The notes: generated from the sequence alone by a model not told the origin. A DNA stretch of 64,000 nucleotides from Acidicapsa acidisoli (GCF_025685625.1 NZ_JAGSYI010000001.1:2211147-2275146); one strand, 5' to 3'; positions 27,804 to 36,289 are shown, counted from the stretch's first letter. A program made the numbers and translations.

Positions 27804-29036
27804 TCAAATACGGACTAATTCCTGCTGGCGTGGGCCGGTGACCCAGGCGCGGCCGGGGATGGTGAGCATGTTGACTTCGCTGCGGATGCCGAACTGGGGG
27901 TGCGCGCCGAAGTTCGGGGGCAGGTAGATGCCGGGTTCGACGGAGAAGCAGGTGTTGGGCAGGATCAGGCGCTCGTCGTGAGTTTCCAGGTTGTCTAGGT
28001 GAGCGCCTGAGCCGTGGAGTTCGGCGGCGATGTTGTGGCCGGTCCGGTGGGTGAAGTATTCCGCGAATCCGGCTCGGCGGATGACTTCGCGGGCGGCGTC
28101 GTCCGGTTCGTAGCCGTGCAAGGGGCGATTGATGGCGAAGGCCTGCTCAACGACGGCGATGGCTGCGTCGCGGGCGTCGCGGACGGTCGAGAAAACGCGC
28201 TGCTCCAGTTCGGTGGGCTCGCGGCCGATGACGCCGGTCCAGGTGATGTCGTAGTGGATGCTGGGCAGGCCGGCGGCGAGAGCTTCGGTTTTGGCCCAGA
28301 TGTCGATGAGCAGGAAGTCGCCGTTGCGGATGGGGCGCGCGCTGGCTGCTGTTGGCTCGTAGTGGGAGTCGGCGCTGTTGGGGCCGACGCTGACGTTGGG
28401 TCCGTTTTCAAAGGTGAGGCCTTCGCGGCGCATGGCGTCTGCGAACCACTGGACCATGTCGTATTCGGTGATGACGCCGGGCTTGCCTGAGGCTGGGTGC
28501 AGGACGCGGCCGATCTCACGAAAGGCCTGGGCGAGGATGGCGTCGATCTTGCGCTGGGCGACGTTGTGGCTGGCCATCTGGTCGGCGGTGAGGACGGCTT
28601 CGAACTGACTGATGAGGTCGGCGGAGCTGACGATTTCTTTGCCGAGCGAGCGCAGGAGTTCGATTGTGCCTGCGTCGACCATGGAGACGTACATGATGGC
28701 GTTGCGCGGCGAGTACTGCATGGCCACGCGGCGCGAGCCGGTGAGCATGGCGTCGAGGGCGGATTCAAGCTCCTGCCAGCTTGAGTAGGCGGATTTTGAG
28801 CCGGGAAGGCTGTCGAGGCGTCCGGCTTCGATGCGATGGACGAGCTTGCGCGGCTCGCCGATGGCCGGGACGAAGTAGTACCAGCGGCGTGTGACGTGCG
28901 CGTGCGGGTCCAGCCCGAGGATGCGTGTGGCGATGGGGTCGCGATGGTGGTGATCGTAGAAGAGCCAGCCGTCGAGTTGAGCGGCGCGAAGGGCGGCCTG
29001 TATGGCTTCCAGTTGCATGGGGACAGCATACGGCAT
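27804..29036 (-). CDS. M24-family metallopeptidase (Xaa-Pro aminopeptidase/prolidase-like)
   Basis: Pita-bread metal-ligand blocks DFLLIDIWAK, HRTGHNIAAELHG and CFSVEPGIY. Confidence 0.85.
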   Translation of the reverse strand: MPYAVPMQLEAIQAALRAAQLDGWLFYDHHHRDPIATRILGLDPHAHVTRRWYYFVPAIGEPRKLVHRIEAGRLDSLPGSKSAYSSWQELESALDAMLTGSRRVAMQYSPRNAIMYVSMVDAGTIELLRSLGKEIVSSADLISQFEAVLTADQMASHNVAQRKIDAILAQAFREIGRVLHPASGKPGVITEYDMVQWFADAMRREGLTFENGPNVSVGPNSADSHYEPTAASARPIRNGDFLLIDIWAKTEALAAGLPSIHYDITWTGVIGREPTELEQRVFSTVRDARDAAIAVVEQAFAINRPLHGYEPDDAAREVIRRAGFAEYFTHRTGHNIAAELHGSGAHLDNLETHDERLILPNTCFSVEPGIYLPPNFGAHPQFGIRSEVNMLTIPGRAWVTGPRQQELVRI

Positions 29037-29503
29037 TTTGCCTTAGCTAGAACAAGATGCGGGCTTGCTTGTCGTGTCTTATGGGTCGGGACGTGTGGGT
29101 CCTCAGAGCGTTCGGCGCGGTGAGTTGCGGGGCTTGCGCGATGCTTTTTGAGTTGTAAATGCCGTCAGTTTTGGCCCGAAGGCGAACAAAGAGGGAATGA
29201 TACCCAGGGGGTGAGGGTGTTTTTTGTGTGTATGATGCACATTTTGCATGGCTTAGGGTTATTTTTAGGGTGCGAAAAGGGGCGTTTTTGTGCGGTTTTT
29301 GGCGCATAAATGCCCTCTTTTGCGACGTATTCGATGTGGCTCGCAGCTTGGTTCGGCTGTTCTTCTCTATTTTGCGCCTTTGGTGGGTAATTCCGCGCAA
29401 AGCCAGTTTGCAGCTTCATTTGCTGGCCAAGCAGATTCCTGCGGGGGAGTGACAGCCAGAAAGGCAAGGGCAACGGCAAGAACAGGTCCGGCTTCTGTGG
29501 TTT

Positions 29504-29544
29504 CCCACCCTTGCCGCAAAGGACGCGTCAAGGATGGGGCACCC
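29504..29544. repeat. hairpin repeat, type B copy 1 (CCCACCCTTGCC...GGCAAGGATGGGGCACCC family)
   Basis: cccacccttgccgcaaaggacgcgtcaaggatggggcaccc. Imperfect 10-bp stem. Inner palindrome GACGCGTC. Confidence 0.6.
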
Positions 29545-29575
29545 GGCACCCGGCTAAGGATTCATATGATACAGA

Positions 29576-29616
29576 AACCTGAATAATTCAACGCAATAAC
29601 CTGAATAATTCAACGC
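29576..29616. repeat. tandem direct repeat (2 x 19 bp, AT-rich) in the long intergenic region
   Basis: aacctgaataattcaacgc (29576-29594), aat, aacctgaataattcaacgc (29598-29616). Confidence 0.6.
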
Positions 29617-29672
29617 TATCGCTGCCAAGAGATCAGGGGATTTCGGGTAGGCATTTGTGGCGTTCGCCGAAA

Positions 29673-29704
29673 CCCAGGTCTCAAAGGCGAGACCTGGGGC
29701 ACCC
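29673..29704. repeat. hairpin repeat, type A copy 1 (CCCAGGTCTC-loop-GAGACCTGGGGCACCC family)
   Basis: cccaggtctcaaaggcgagacctggggcaccc. Perfect 10-bp stem with a 6-nt loop. Confidence 0.65.
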
Positions 29705-29773
29705 TCGTGGTTATTCATTCAGACCTAGCTGTCTGACGGGTGAGATTAAGCCCGTCGATTTTTGTTGACGCGT

Positions 29774-29825
29774 ATTGCAATCAGCGATACATTTATTCGC
29801 GGATTGCAATATTGCATTTTGCAAT
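29774..29825 (+). promoter_or_regulatory. operator-like array of three copies of the self-complementary octamer ATTGCAAT overlapping a sigma70-like promoter, upstream of the XRE regulator gene
   Basis: ATTGCAAT at 29774-29781 and 29803-29810. ATTGCA then TTTGCAAT at 29811-29825. TTGACG (29765-29770) N17 TACATT (29788-29793). ATG at 29851. Confidence 0.5.
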
Positions 29826-29850
29826 CTCGAAAATCGAGGCGGTTTCGGGG

Positions 29851-30426
29851 ATGAAACTTGGGGAGAAAATCCGGTATCTGCGCGAGGTGGAGGGCAGTTT
29901 GCGCGGGATGGGCCGGGCGATCAATCAGCAGGAGCTGGTTAGGCTGATCGAGGGTGAGACTGGCGGCAAGTTGAGCCAGAGCTACCTTTCGCAGATTGAG
30001 AGCGGGGCGCGTCCGCACCTGACCAATACGACGCGGCAGACGCTGGCGAGCTTCTTCAAGGTGCATCCGGGGTATCTGGTGGACGATCCCGAGGGGTATC
30101 ACCCTGAGCTGCAGAGCGATGTTCGCGGCATGGAAGACAAGCTGGATCTTTGGCTGGTGGCCGGGGCGGAACGGTTCCGGCGGGATGCGGTGCTGAAACA
30201 TGCGCTGCTGACCGTGGCCCGGCATGAGCAGTCGCGGGAGTGCCTGCTGTTGCTGGAGGCGATTCTTGAGACTCCGGGGCTGATGCCGCGATTGATGGAA
30301 GTGTTACGGCCGGTTGCGTCGCCGGAAGACGTCGAAGGTGAGGCGGAACTGCTGAAGGCGCGCAAAGCCGAAGAGTCAAAGGCGCGAGGAGCGCTTGGGA
30401 AAAGGAGAAAGGTGGTAGAGCGATGA
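29851..30426 (+). CDS. XRE (Cro/CI-type) helix-turn-helix transcriptional regulator with a C-terminal domain of unknown function
   Basis: ATG 29851 lies downstream of a TTGACG-N17-TACATT promoter-like pair. HTH: IRYLREVEGSLRGMGRAINQQELVRLIEG...LSQSYLSQIESGARP. The track ORF starts upstream at 29740, but that reading runs through the palindromic operator region. Confidence 0.8.
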   Translation: MKLGEKIRYLREVEGSLRGMGRAINQQELVRLIEGETGGKLSQSYLSQIESGARPHLTNTTRQTLASFFKVHPGYLVDDPEGYHPELQSDVRGMEDKLDLWLVAGAERFRRDAVLKHALLTVARHEQSRECLLLLEAILETPGLMPRLMEVLRPVASPEDVEGEAELLKARKAEESKARGALGKRRKVVER

Positions 30427-31085
30427 TTGCGATTCTTCCGATGGCGGGGGTGACCGCAATTGCGATGGTGGGGGCTGGGATGAGTTTCTGGGAGGGGTTT
30501 TACTTTGCTTGTTTTGTGGCGGGGCTGCTGTTGAGCGTGGTTTCGCTGGTGGGCGGGATGGGGCATATTCACTGGCATTTTCATCTGCCTCATGCTTCGC
30601 ATGTTCCCGTTGGCGGGCATGGGGTGGTGCATCCTGCTGCCAGCGGACGCGGTTCGGCTGCTGTTCCTTGGTGGAATGCTTTTTCGATCATGGTCTTCCT
30701 GTGCTGGTTTGGCGCGGCGGGGTATTTGATGACGCGCTATGGGAGCTTTGTGGCCGGGATCGTGTTTCTGCTGTCGGCGCTTTGCGGGCTGGTGGGCGGG
30801 GCTTTGATCTTTGCCTTCCTGACCAAGGTGATGCTGCCGTATGAGCGCGAGTTGACGGCGGACGAGACGGCGGTGACAGGTGTGATCGGGCGGGTGAGTG
30901 CGCCGATTCGCGCTCACGGAACGGGGGAGGTGCTGTATGAGCAGATGGGCGCGCGGCGGTCTGTTCCGGCTCGCGCGGATCTGGGGGATGCGATTTCGAA
31001 GGGGGAAGAGGTGTTTGTGGTGCGGTATGAGAAGGGGATTGCTTATGTCCGCAAGTGGGAGGATTTACCCGAGGTGACTCGATAG
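30423..31085 (+). CDS. NfeD-like membrane protein (short YuaF-type)
   Basis: N-terminal TM helices plus a C-terminal OB-fold-like beta domain (TGVIGRVSAPIRAHGTGEVLYEQMGARRSVPARADLGDAISKGEEVFVVRYEKGIAYV). ATGA overlap with the XRE gene. Immediately upstream of a flotillin, the canonical NfeD-SPFH arrangement. Confidence 0.75.
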   Translation: MIAILPMAGVTAIAMVGAGMSFWEGFYFACFVAGLLLSVVSLVGGMGHIHWHFHLPHASHVPVGGHGVVHPAASGRGSAAVPWWNAFSIMVFLCWFGAAGYLMTRYGSFVAGIVFLLSALCGLVGGALIFAFLTKVMLPYERELTADETAVTGVIGRVSAPIRAHGTGEVLYEQMGARRSVPARADLGDAISKGEEVFVVRYEKGIAYVRKWEDLPEVTR

Positions 31086-31096
31086 TCGAGTTCCAT

Positions 31097-31137
31097 CCCA
31101 CCCTTGCCACAAAGAACGTGGCAAGGATGGGGCACCC
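31097..31137. repeat. hairpin repeat, type B copy 2
   Basis: cccacccttgccacaaagaacgtggcaaggatggggcaccc. 14-bp stem with one mismatch (CCTTGCCAC/GTGGCAAGG perfect core). Confidence 0.65.
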
Positions 31138-31166
31138 AGAGTTATTGTCCGACCCGCATCGCTGAT

Positions 31167-31198
31167 CCCAGGTCTCAAAGTCGAGACCTGGGGCACCC
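31167..31198. repeat. hairpin repeat, type A copy 2
   Basis: cccaggtctcaaagtcgagacctggggcaccc. Perfect 10-bp stem. Confidence 0.65.
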
Positions 31199-31262
31199 AG
31201 ATTGATTTTGTTTTGAGTAAGTAAGTTGAGTAGTTAGCCAGTAACGTTGTTCAACCAATGAA

Positions 31263-32705
31263 ATGACTCTCCCGGTTGAAAGGACCGGGAATCCAATGGC
31301 AAACGTGATTGCTATGTATGTTGGCGTGGGTGTCCTTGTGTTGATCTTCTTCATGGGAATGATTGCGAAGATGTATCGCAAGGCGAGCCCAAATGAAGCA
31401 TTGATTGTCTATGGTGCTCGCGGTCCGCGTGTTATCACTGGCCACGGCACCTTTATCTGGCCGATGGTGGAGAGCTGCCGGGAATTGTCGCTGGAACTGA
31501 TGAGTTTTGATGTGGCTCCGCAGCAGGACTTGTATACGAACCAGGGTGTTGCGGTGACGGTTGAGGCTGTGGCGCAGATCAAGGTTCGCAGCGATCAGCC
31601 TTCGATTCTTACGGCGGCTGAACAGTTTTTGAGCAAGAATCCGCAGCAGCGGGAAGGGTTGATTCGGCTGGTGATGGAGGGCCATCTGCGCGGCATTATC
31701 GGGCAGTTGACGGTGGAGCAGATCGTCAAGGAGCCGGAGATGATGGGCGAGCGGATGCGCAATACCTGCGCCGGGGATATGAGCAAGATGGGGCTGGAGG
31801 TGGTTTCGTTCACGATCAAGGAAGTGCGCGACAAGAACGACTACATCTCGAACATGGGCCGGCCGGATATTGCGAGGATCAAGCGCGATGCGGATATTGC
31901 GATGGCGACGGCGGAGCGCGATACGGCGATCCAGCGTGCGGTAGCTGCGCGGGAGTCGGCGGTTGCGACGGCGTTGGCGGACCAGGAGCGGGTGATTGCG
32001 CAGACGGCTTCGCAGGCGCGGCAGGCTGAGGCGCAGCGCGATATGGACATCAAGAAATCGCAGTACGCCGAGCAGAGCCGCAGGCAGCAGGCGACGGCGG
32101 ATAAGGCTTACGAGATCCAGACGAACATCATGCAGCAGCAGGTGATTGCCGAGCAGGTGAAGATCGAGCAGACGGAGAAGGAAGCGCAGGTGAAGGTGCA
32201 GGAGGCTGAGATTCTGCGTCGCGAGAAGGAGCTGATTGCGACGGTGCTGAAGCCAGCGGAGGTTGAGCGTCAGCGGATTGAGACGCTGGCTTCGGCGGAG
32301 AAGGCTCGTTTGACGACTGAGGCTGAGGGACGAGGCGCTTCGATTATTGCGCAAGGTGAGGCGGAGGCTTCGATCATCTTCCAGAAGGGCGAGGCGGAGG
32401 CCAAGGCGATGAATCTGAAGGCCGATGCGTACCAGGGCTGGAACCAGGCGGCGGTGGTCGACAAGCTGCTGACGAATATGGCGGATGTGGTGCGGGCGAT
32501 GTGCGAGCCGTTGTCGCATGTGGATAAGATCACGGTGGTTTCGACGGGCAATGACTCGTCGGCCGGGGTGCATAAGGTGACCGGGGATATGACGAAGATT
32601 GCTGCGCAGGTTCCGGCGATCTTTGAGGCGCTGAGCGGGATGGATATCAAGAGCCTGATGTCGAATGTGCAGGCGATCCGGCAGAAACCGAATGGGAAGG
32701 AATAG
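31263..32705 (+). CDS. floT: flotillin-like SPFH/band-7 protein (FloT/YuaG-type)
   Basis: 480 aa with an N-terminal membrane hairpin, SPFH domain (EALIVYGARGPRVITGHGTFIWP...VEAVAQIKV) and a long EA-rich flotillin coiled-coil region. An alternative start is ATG 31296. Confidence 0.9.
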   Translation: MTLPVERTGNPMANVIAMYVGVGVLVLIFFMGMIAKMYRKASPNEALIVYGARGPRVITGHGTFIWPMVESCRELSLELMSFDVAPQQDLYTNQGVAVTVEAVAQIKVRSDQPSILTAAEQFLSKNPQQREGLIRLVMEGHLRGIIGQLTVEQIVKEPEMMGERMRNTCAGDMSKMGLEVVSFTIKEVRDKNDYISNMGRPDIARIKRDADIAMATAERDTAIQRAVAARESAVATALADQERVIAQTASQARQAEAQRDMDIKKSQYAEQSRRQQATADKAYEIQTNIMQQQVIAEQVKIEQTEKEAQVKVQEAEILRREKELIATVLKPAEVERQRIETLASAEKARLTTEAEGRGASIIAQGEAEASIIFQKGEAEAKAMNLKADAYQGWNQAAVVDKLLTNMADVVRAMCEPLSHVDKITVVSTGNDSSAGVHKVTGDMTKIAAQVPAIFEALSGMDIKSLMSNVQAIRQKPNGKE

Positions 32706-32720
32706 CTGTTCGGGATGCGC

Positions 32721-32746
32721 CCCAGGTCTCAGAAGCGAGACCTGGG
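32721..32746. repeat. hairpin repeat, type A copy 3
   Basis: cccaggtctcagaagcgagacctggg. Perfect 10-bp stem. The 3' tail is diverged (gcgtcc instead of gcaccc). Confidence 0.6.
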
Positions 32747-32791
32747 CGTCCTACACGTGGAATTTGCCTGAGGTGCGGGGTTCGGTGGTCA

Positions 32792-32832
32792 CCCACCCTT
32801 GACGCAAAGTACGCGTCAAGGGTGGGGCACCC
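32792..32832. repeat. hairpin repeat, type B copy 3
   Basis: cccacccttgacgcaaagtacgcgtcaagggtggggcaccc. Imperfect stem. Inner ACGCGT palindrome. Confidence 0.6.
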
Positions 32833-32845
32833 AGATTTGTGGATT

Positions 32846-32877
32846 CCCAGGTCACAAAAGCGAGACCTAGGGCACCC
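32846..32877. repeat. hairpin repeat, type A copy 4 (degenerate)
   Basis: cccaggtcacaaaagcgagacctagggcaccc. Two stem mismatches relative to the other copies. Confidence 0.55.
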
Positions 32878-32923
32878 GCTCTTAGTTGGTTTATGAGCTG
32901 GAAGTTTGAAAAAGGAGAAGACC

Positions 32924-33601
32924 ATGGCATTGCTGGAGAGAGTGAGCACGCTGTTACGGGCGAATCTCAACGACCTGATCGAGAAGGCCGAGGATCCGGA
33001 AAGGCTGCTGAAGCAGCTGGTGTTGGATATGGAGAACCAATTGATGCAGGTGAAGACGCAGGTTGCGATTGCGATTGCCGATCAGCATCTGCTGGAACGC
33101 AAACGAAGCGAGCATGAGCAGGAGGTTGCCGAGTGGAAGCGCAAGGCGGAGCTGGCTGTCGCGAAAGGCCATGACGACCTGGCGCGCGGGGCGCTGGAGC
33201 GGTCGCTGAGCGTGGAGCGGCTGGCGAAGGGCTTTGCCCAACAGGCGGAGGATCAGAAACTGGAGGCGGACACGTTGCGGCAGACGCTGCGCAAGCTGGA
33301 TCAGAAACTGAATGAGACGCGGGCGCAGTGCGAGATTCTGATGGCGGAACATCGTCGGACGAAGATTGTGGGGCGGGCTACGCAGGCGCGGCAGACGGTG
33401 GGCGTGACCCAGGACGCGGCGCTGGGGCGGATGAAGAGCCGGGTTCGGCAACATGCAGCAGAGAATGCGGCGGCGGGGGAGATTCTGGCGCCGGAGACGC
33501 TGGAGGACAAGTTTCAGAGCCTGGAGGAGCATGAGCAGGTGGAACTGATGCTGGGCGAGATCAAGGCGCGGACGGCTTTGCCGGTACCGGGTCGGGAGTA
33601 A
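32924..33601 (+). CDS. pspA: PspA/IM30 (Vipp1) family protein, ESCRT-III-like
   Basis: ATG 32924 with RBS aaaggagaag. MALLERVSTLLRANLNDLIEKAEDPERLLKQLVLDME aligns with E. coli PspA ([34 protein letters not shown]). Coiled coil throughout. Confidence 0.9.
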   Translation: MALLERVSTLLRANLNDLIEKAEDPERLLKQLVLDMENQLMQVKTQVAIAIADQHLLERKRSEHEQEVAEWKRKAELAVAKGHDDLARGALERSLSVERLAKGFAQQAEDQKLEADTLRQTLRKLDQKLNETRAQCEILMAEHRRTKIVGRATQARQTVGVTQDAALGRMKSRVRQHAAENAAAGEILAPETLEDKFQSLEEHEQVELMLGEIKARTALPVPGRE

Positions 33602-33886
33602 GGGCGGAATCGACGGCGGAGCCTGGAGGGTTGCTGGTCGATCGGCCTGGGAAATCGCGCCGGTTCGGAGGCCTTCCTGCGTTTCTTGTTCTCATATTTG
33701 CTTTTTGTGAGGGGAAGTGAAGGCCTTGGTGCGATTTTTCGTCGGCCACTGGGCGGAGATCTACGTCTAACTCACAGGATCACGATTGCTCTCGGGTTCA
33801 CTATTCGGGTTTAGCGTTCCGGCTTGGTGTTCGGCCGCATCGGTTAACCTTAATTAAGACTTCCCGTTCGTGCGCGTGAAGGTGTT

Positions 33887-34924
33887 TTGACCGCGACCCG
33901 TCCCAGAATGTCCCTGGAGATCGATACCCGAATGACTTTGCGCCTTTCCCCTGTCTTTACCTGCCTGATGGTGGGAATCGCAGTATTGTGTATCCGGACT
34001 CCATTGAATGCGCAGGATTTCGGCCAAGACTCGGCTTCTGTGAAAGCACAGGTCGCAAATCTGGAACTGCCGGATGCTCCGGAGCCGCAGCAGGCTCAGA
34101 CTCCAGCGGCGACGTCTCCAACTGCGACACCTTCAGCAACGGCAACGCCGGACGGGGGTCAGCAATCCGGTGCGGCTTCCAGTGCGAGTTCCGCGGCGGG
34201 AACGGCTTCTTCTTCCGGTCAGAGTGCTAATCCCGACACTGCCAAGGGCGCTACAGGAGGGAAGACACAGCACGAGATTGCGGAAGAGCAGTTGAAGCAG
34301 GAGAAGACGCAACGAATTGGCATTTTGCCCAACTTCAATGCCAGCTATATCGACGACGCTGTTCCGCTTACACCTGCACAGAAGTTCCGGCTGATGTTCT
34401 CTACCGAGAAGGATCCGGCGACCATTGGATTCTCTATGTTCGTGGCGTTGATCGGGCAGGCGGACGGGTCGCATGAAGGCTACGGCGGTGGAATTGGCGG
34501 CTACGGTGAACGATTTGGGCAGAATTACGCGGATACGTTCGATGGGGCTTTCTGGGGCAATGCAGTTCTGCCCTCCCTTTGGCACCAGGACCCTCGATAC
34601 TTCCGCCTGGGAAAGGGACCGGCGATGCACCGCATCCTCTACGCGTTGTCGACGAACGTAAGAGCCAAGCACGATGGGACGGGGAAGTGGGAGCCGAACT
34701 ACTCGAATCTGGTGGGGAACCTGATCAGCGGAGGCATTTCGAATATTTATCTGCCGGCGAAAGAGCGCGGGGTGGGGAGCACGTTTGAGGGCGCGTTCGT
34801 GGTGACGGCCGAGGGCGGCATCGGGTCAATGCTCGAGGAGTTCTGGCCGGATTTCATTCACTATCTGCAGCGCCGCAAGCAACAGAAGCAGGCGGCTGGC
34901 CTGGCTTGGGACGCTAAACCCTAG
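33887..34924 (+). CDS. hypothetical exported protein with low-complexity Ala/Ser/Thr/Pro linker
   Basis: 345-aa ORF. Signal-like segment MTLRLSPVFTCLMVGIAVLCIRTPLNAQ, then a disordered region, then a Gly/aromatic-rich C-terminal domain. The start may be the internal ATG (MTLRL...). Confidence 0.5.
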   Translation: MTATRPRMSLEIDTRMTLRLSPVFTCLMVGIAVLCIRTPLNAQDFGQDSASVKAQVANLELPDAPEPQQAQTPAATSPTATPSATATPDGGQQSGAASSASSAAGTASSSGQSANPDTAKGATGGKTQHEIAEEQLKQEKTQRIGILPNFNASYIDDAVPLTPAQKFRLMFSTEKDPATIGFSMFVALIGQADGSHEGYGGGIGGYGERFGQNYADTFDGAFWGNAVLPSLWHQDPRYFRLGKGPAMHRILYALSTNVRAKHDGTGKWEPNYSNLVGNLISGGISNIYLPAKERGVGSTFEGAFVVTAEGGIGSMLEEFWPDFIHYLQRRKQQKQAAGLAWDAKP

Positions 34925-35277
34925 GCGCTATAGTTCGCCACCACTCGGGCCACTTTTCCGGTGGCTGACATCTCCATGAACTCGGCGGTGCGGGTTCCTT
35001 TTTGATTTGTGTAGTAGAGCACGACGCTGTTCAGGCCCCAGAGAACGTCCTCCAGTTGGAAGTGGAGTTCCGGGTAGGCTTCCAGCCCTCGCTGAAAGTA
35101 GGCTCGCAGGTTTGGTTTTCCGGCTACTTTGCCGTCTGAGACGTCCAGAAGCTGGGCAGCGACGGGTGAAGTCAGCTCGACTGCATCGTCATAGTGGGTC
35201 ATGATCCGGTCGAGATCGTGACTGTTCCACGCCGCAGCCCAATGGTTGGCGAGATTCAAGGCCTCGTCTTTCGTCAC
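34921..35277 (-). CDS. SnoaL/NTF2-like domain protein
   Basis: 118 aa. LANHWAAAWNSHDLDRIMTHYDDAVELTSP is typical of the SnoaL-like polyketide-cyclase/NTF2 fold. Confidence 0.7.
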   Translation of the reverse strand: MTKDEALNLANHWAAAWNSHDLDRIMTHYDDAVELTSPVAAQLLDVSDGKVAGKPNLRAYFQRGLEAYPELHFQLEDVLWGLNSVVLYYTNQKGTRTAEFMEMSATGKVARVVANYSA

Positions 35278-35305
35278 TGCTGTTTCTCCAGTTTGAGGTT
35301 CAAGC

Positions 35306-36289
35306 TCACCCTTTGACTTTGCGGATAGCTGCCGTCAGTGCAGGGACGACTTCGAAGAGGTCGCCGACGATGCCGTAGTCGGCTACCTCGAAGATGGGCG
35401 CGTTCTCATCCTTATTGATGGCCACGATGCACTGCGAGCCCTTCATACCAACGAGATGCTGGATGGCTCCGCTGATGCCGACAGCGAGGTAGACTTTGGG
35501 CGCGACGGTCTGGCCGGAGCTGCCGACCTGACGGTCCATGGGAAGCCAGCCGTTGTCGCAGATGGGGCGTGAGGCGGCAAGTTCCGCGCCGAGGGCTTTG
35601 GCCAGTTCTTCGACGATGGGGAGATTGGCTTGCTCCTTGATGCCGCGCCCGACGGAGACGAGGATGGCTGCGGAGTTGAGGTCGACGGTCTGGGCCGAAG
35701 CGCGGAATGGTTCGCCGGGCTGGGTGCGGATTTGAGCCGCTTCGAGCTTTGGCAGGAAGGGTTCGAGGGTGGTTTCGCCCTTTTCGGCTTCGTCCGCGCG
35801 GAAGGCTCCGGCCTGGACGGACAGGAAGCAGATGCCGGTTCCGGAGTGATGGTATTCGGCGTTGAGCTTGCCCTGAAGAAGCTGGCGGATAAACTTCGGG
35901 CCGGATTCGATGCCGGTGACGTCGCTGATAAGGACCTGCTGAAAGCGAGTCGCGAGGCGCGGGGCGAAATCGCGCACCTGATAGGTGTGCGGCAAGACGA
36001 CGTAGGCAGGTTTTACGTGCTCGATCAACTGCGCATAGGAGGCGGTGTAGCCGTCTGGCGTATAGGCGTGGAGCAGCTTGTGATCGATGGCGTAGACGGT
36101 GCGCGGAGGCTTGCCGTGAATCGTCTCGAAGATCGGATTGCCAGCGCTGCCGACGAGTGCGATGTTGACCGGCAGGCCGTGGCCTTCGGCGAGGGCGTGG
36201 CCTGCGGCCATGGCTTCCCAGGAAAGGCGAGTGATTTCGTTGTTCTTTGCTTCGAGGAAGATCAGTACGCTGGGCATCGGATCACTCAT
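35306..36289 (-). CDS. etfA: electron transfer flavoprotein alpha subunit
   Basis: C-terminal FAD-binding block [37 protein letters not shown] is the EtfA signature. Confidence 0.9.
   Translation of the reverse strand: MSDPMPSVLIFLEAKNNEITRLSWEAMAAGHALAEGHGLPVNIALVGSAGNPIFETIHGKPPRTVYAIDHKLLHAYTPDGYTASYAQLIEHVKPAYVVLPHTYQVRDFAPRLATRFQQVLISDVTGIESGPKFIRQLLQGKLNAEYHHSGTGICFLSVQAGAFRADEAEKGETTLEPFLPKLEAAQIRTQPGEPFRASAQTVDLNSAAILVSVGRGIKEQANLPIVEELAKALGAELAASRPICDNGWLPMDRQVGSSGQTVAPKVYLAVGISGAIQHLVGMKGSQCIVAINKDENAPIFEVADYGIVGDLFEVVPALTAAIRKVKG

Noticed and set aside
27995-29029. 344-aa ORF on the minus strand, extremely Ala/Ser/Thr/Pro-rich
   Set aside because: Alternative frame of the well-supported M24 peptidase gene (27804..29036). 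Low-complexity translation typical of off-frame reading of high-GC DNA.
30099-30917. 272-aa His/Arg/Pro-rich ORF on the minus strand across the XRE/NfeD genes
   Set aside because: Off-frame antisense artefact. The sense-strand genes have an HTH and an NfeD OB domain.
31251-32573. 440-aa Arg/Leu-rich ORF antisense to the flotillin gene
   Set aside because: Antisense shadow ORF of a confidently identified gene. Composition (R, L, H repeats) is non-protein-like.
29504-32877. Possibility that the clustered hairpin repeats are a CRISPR array
   Set aside because: Two different repeat types, irregular spacing (70-1400 bp), protein-coding genes between copies, no cas genes. This is not CRISPR architecture.
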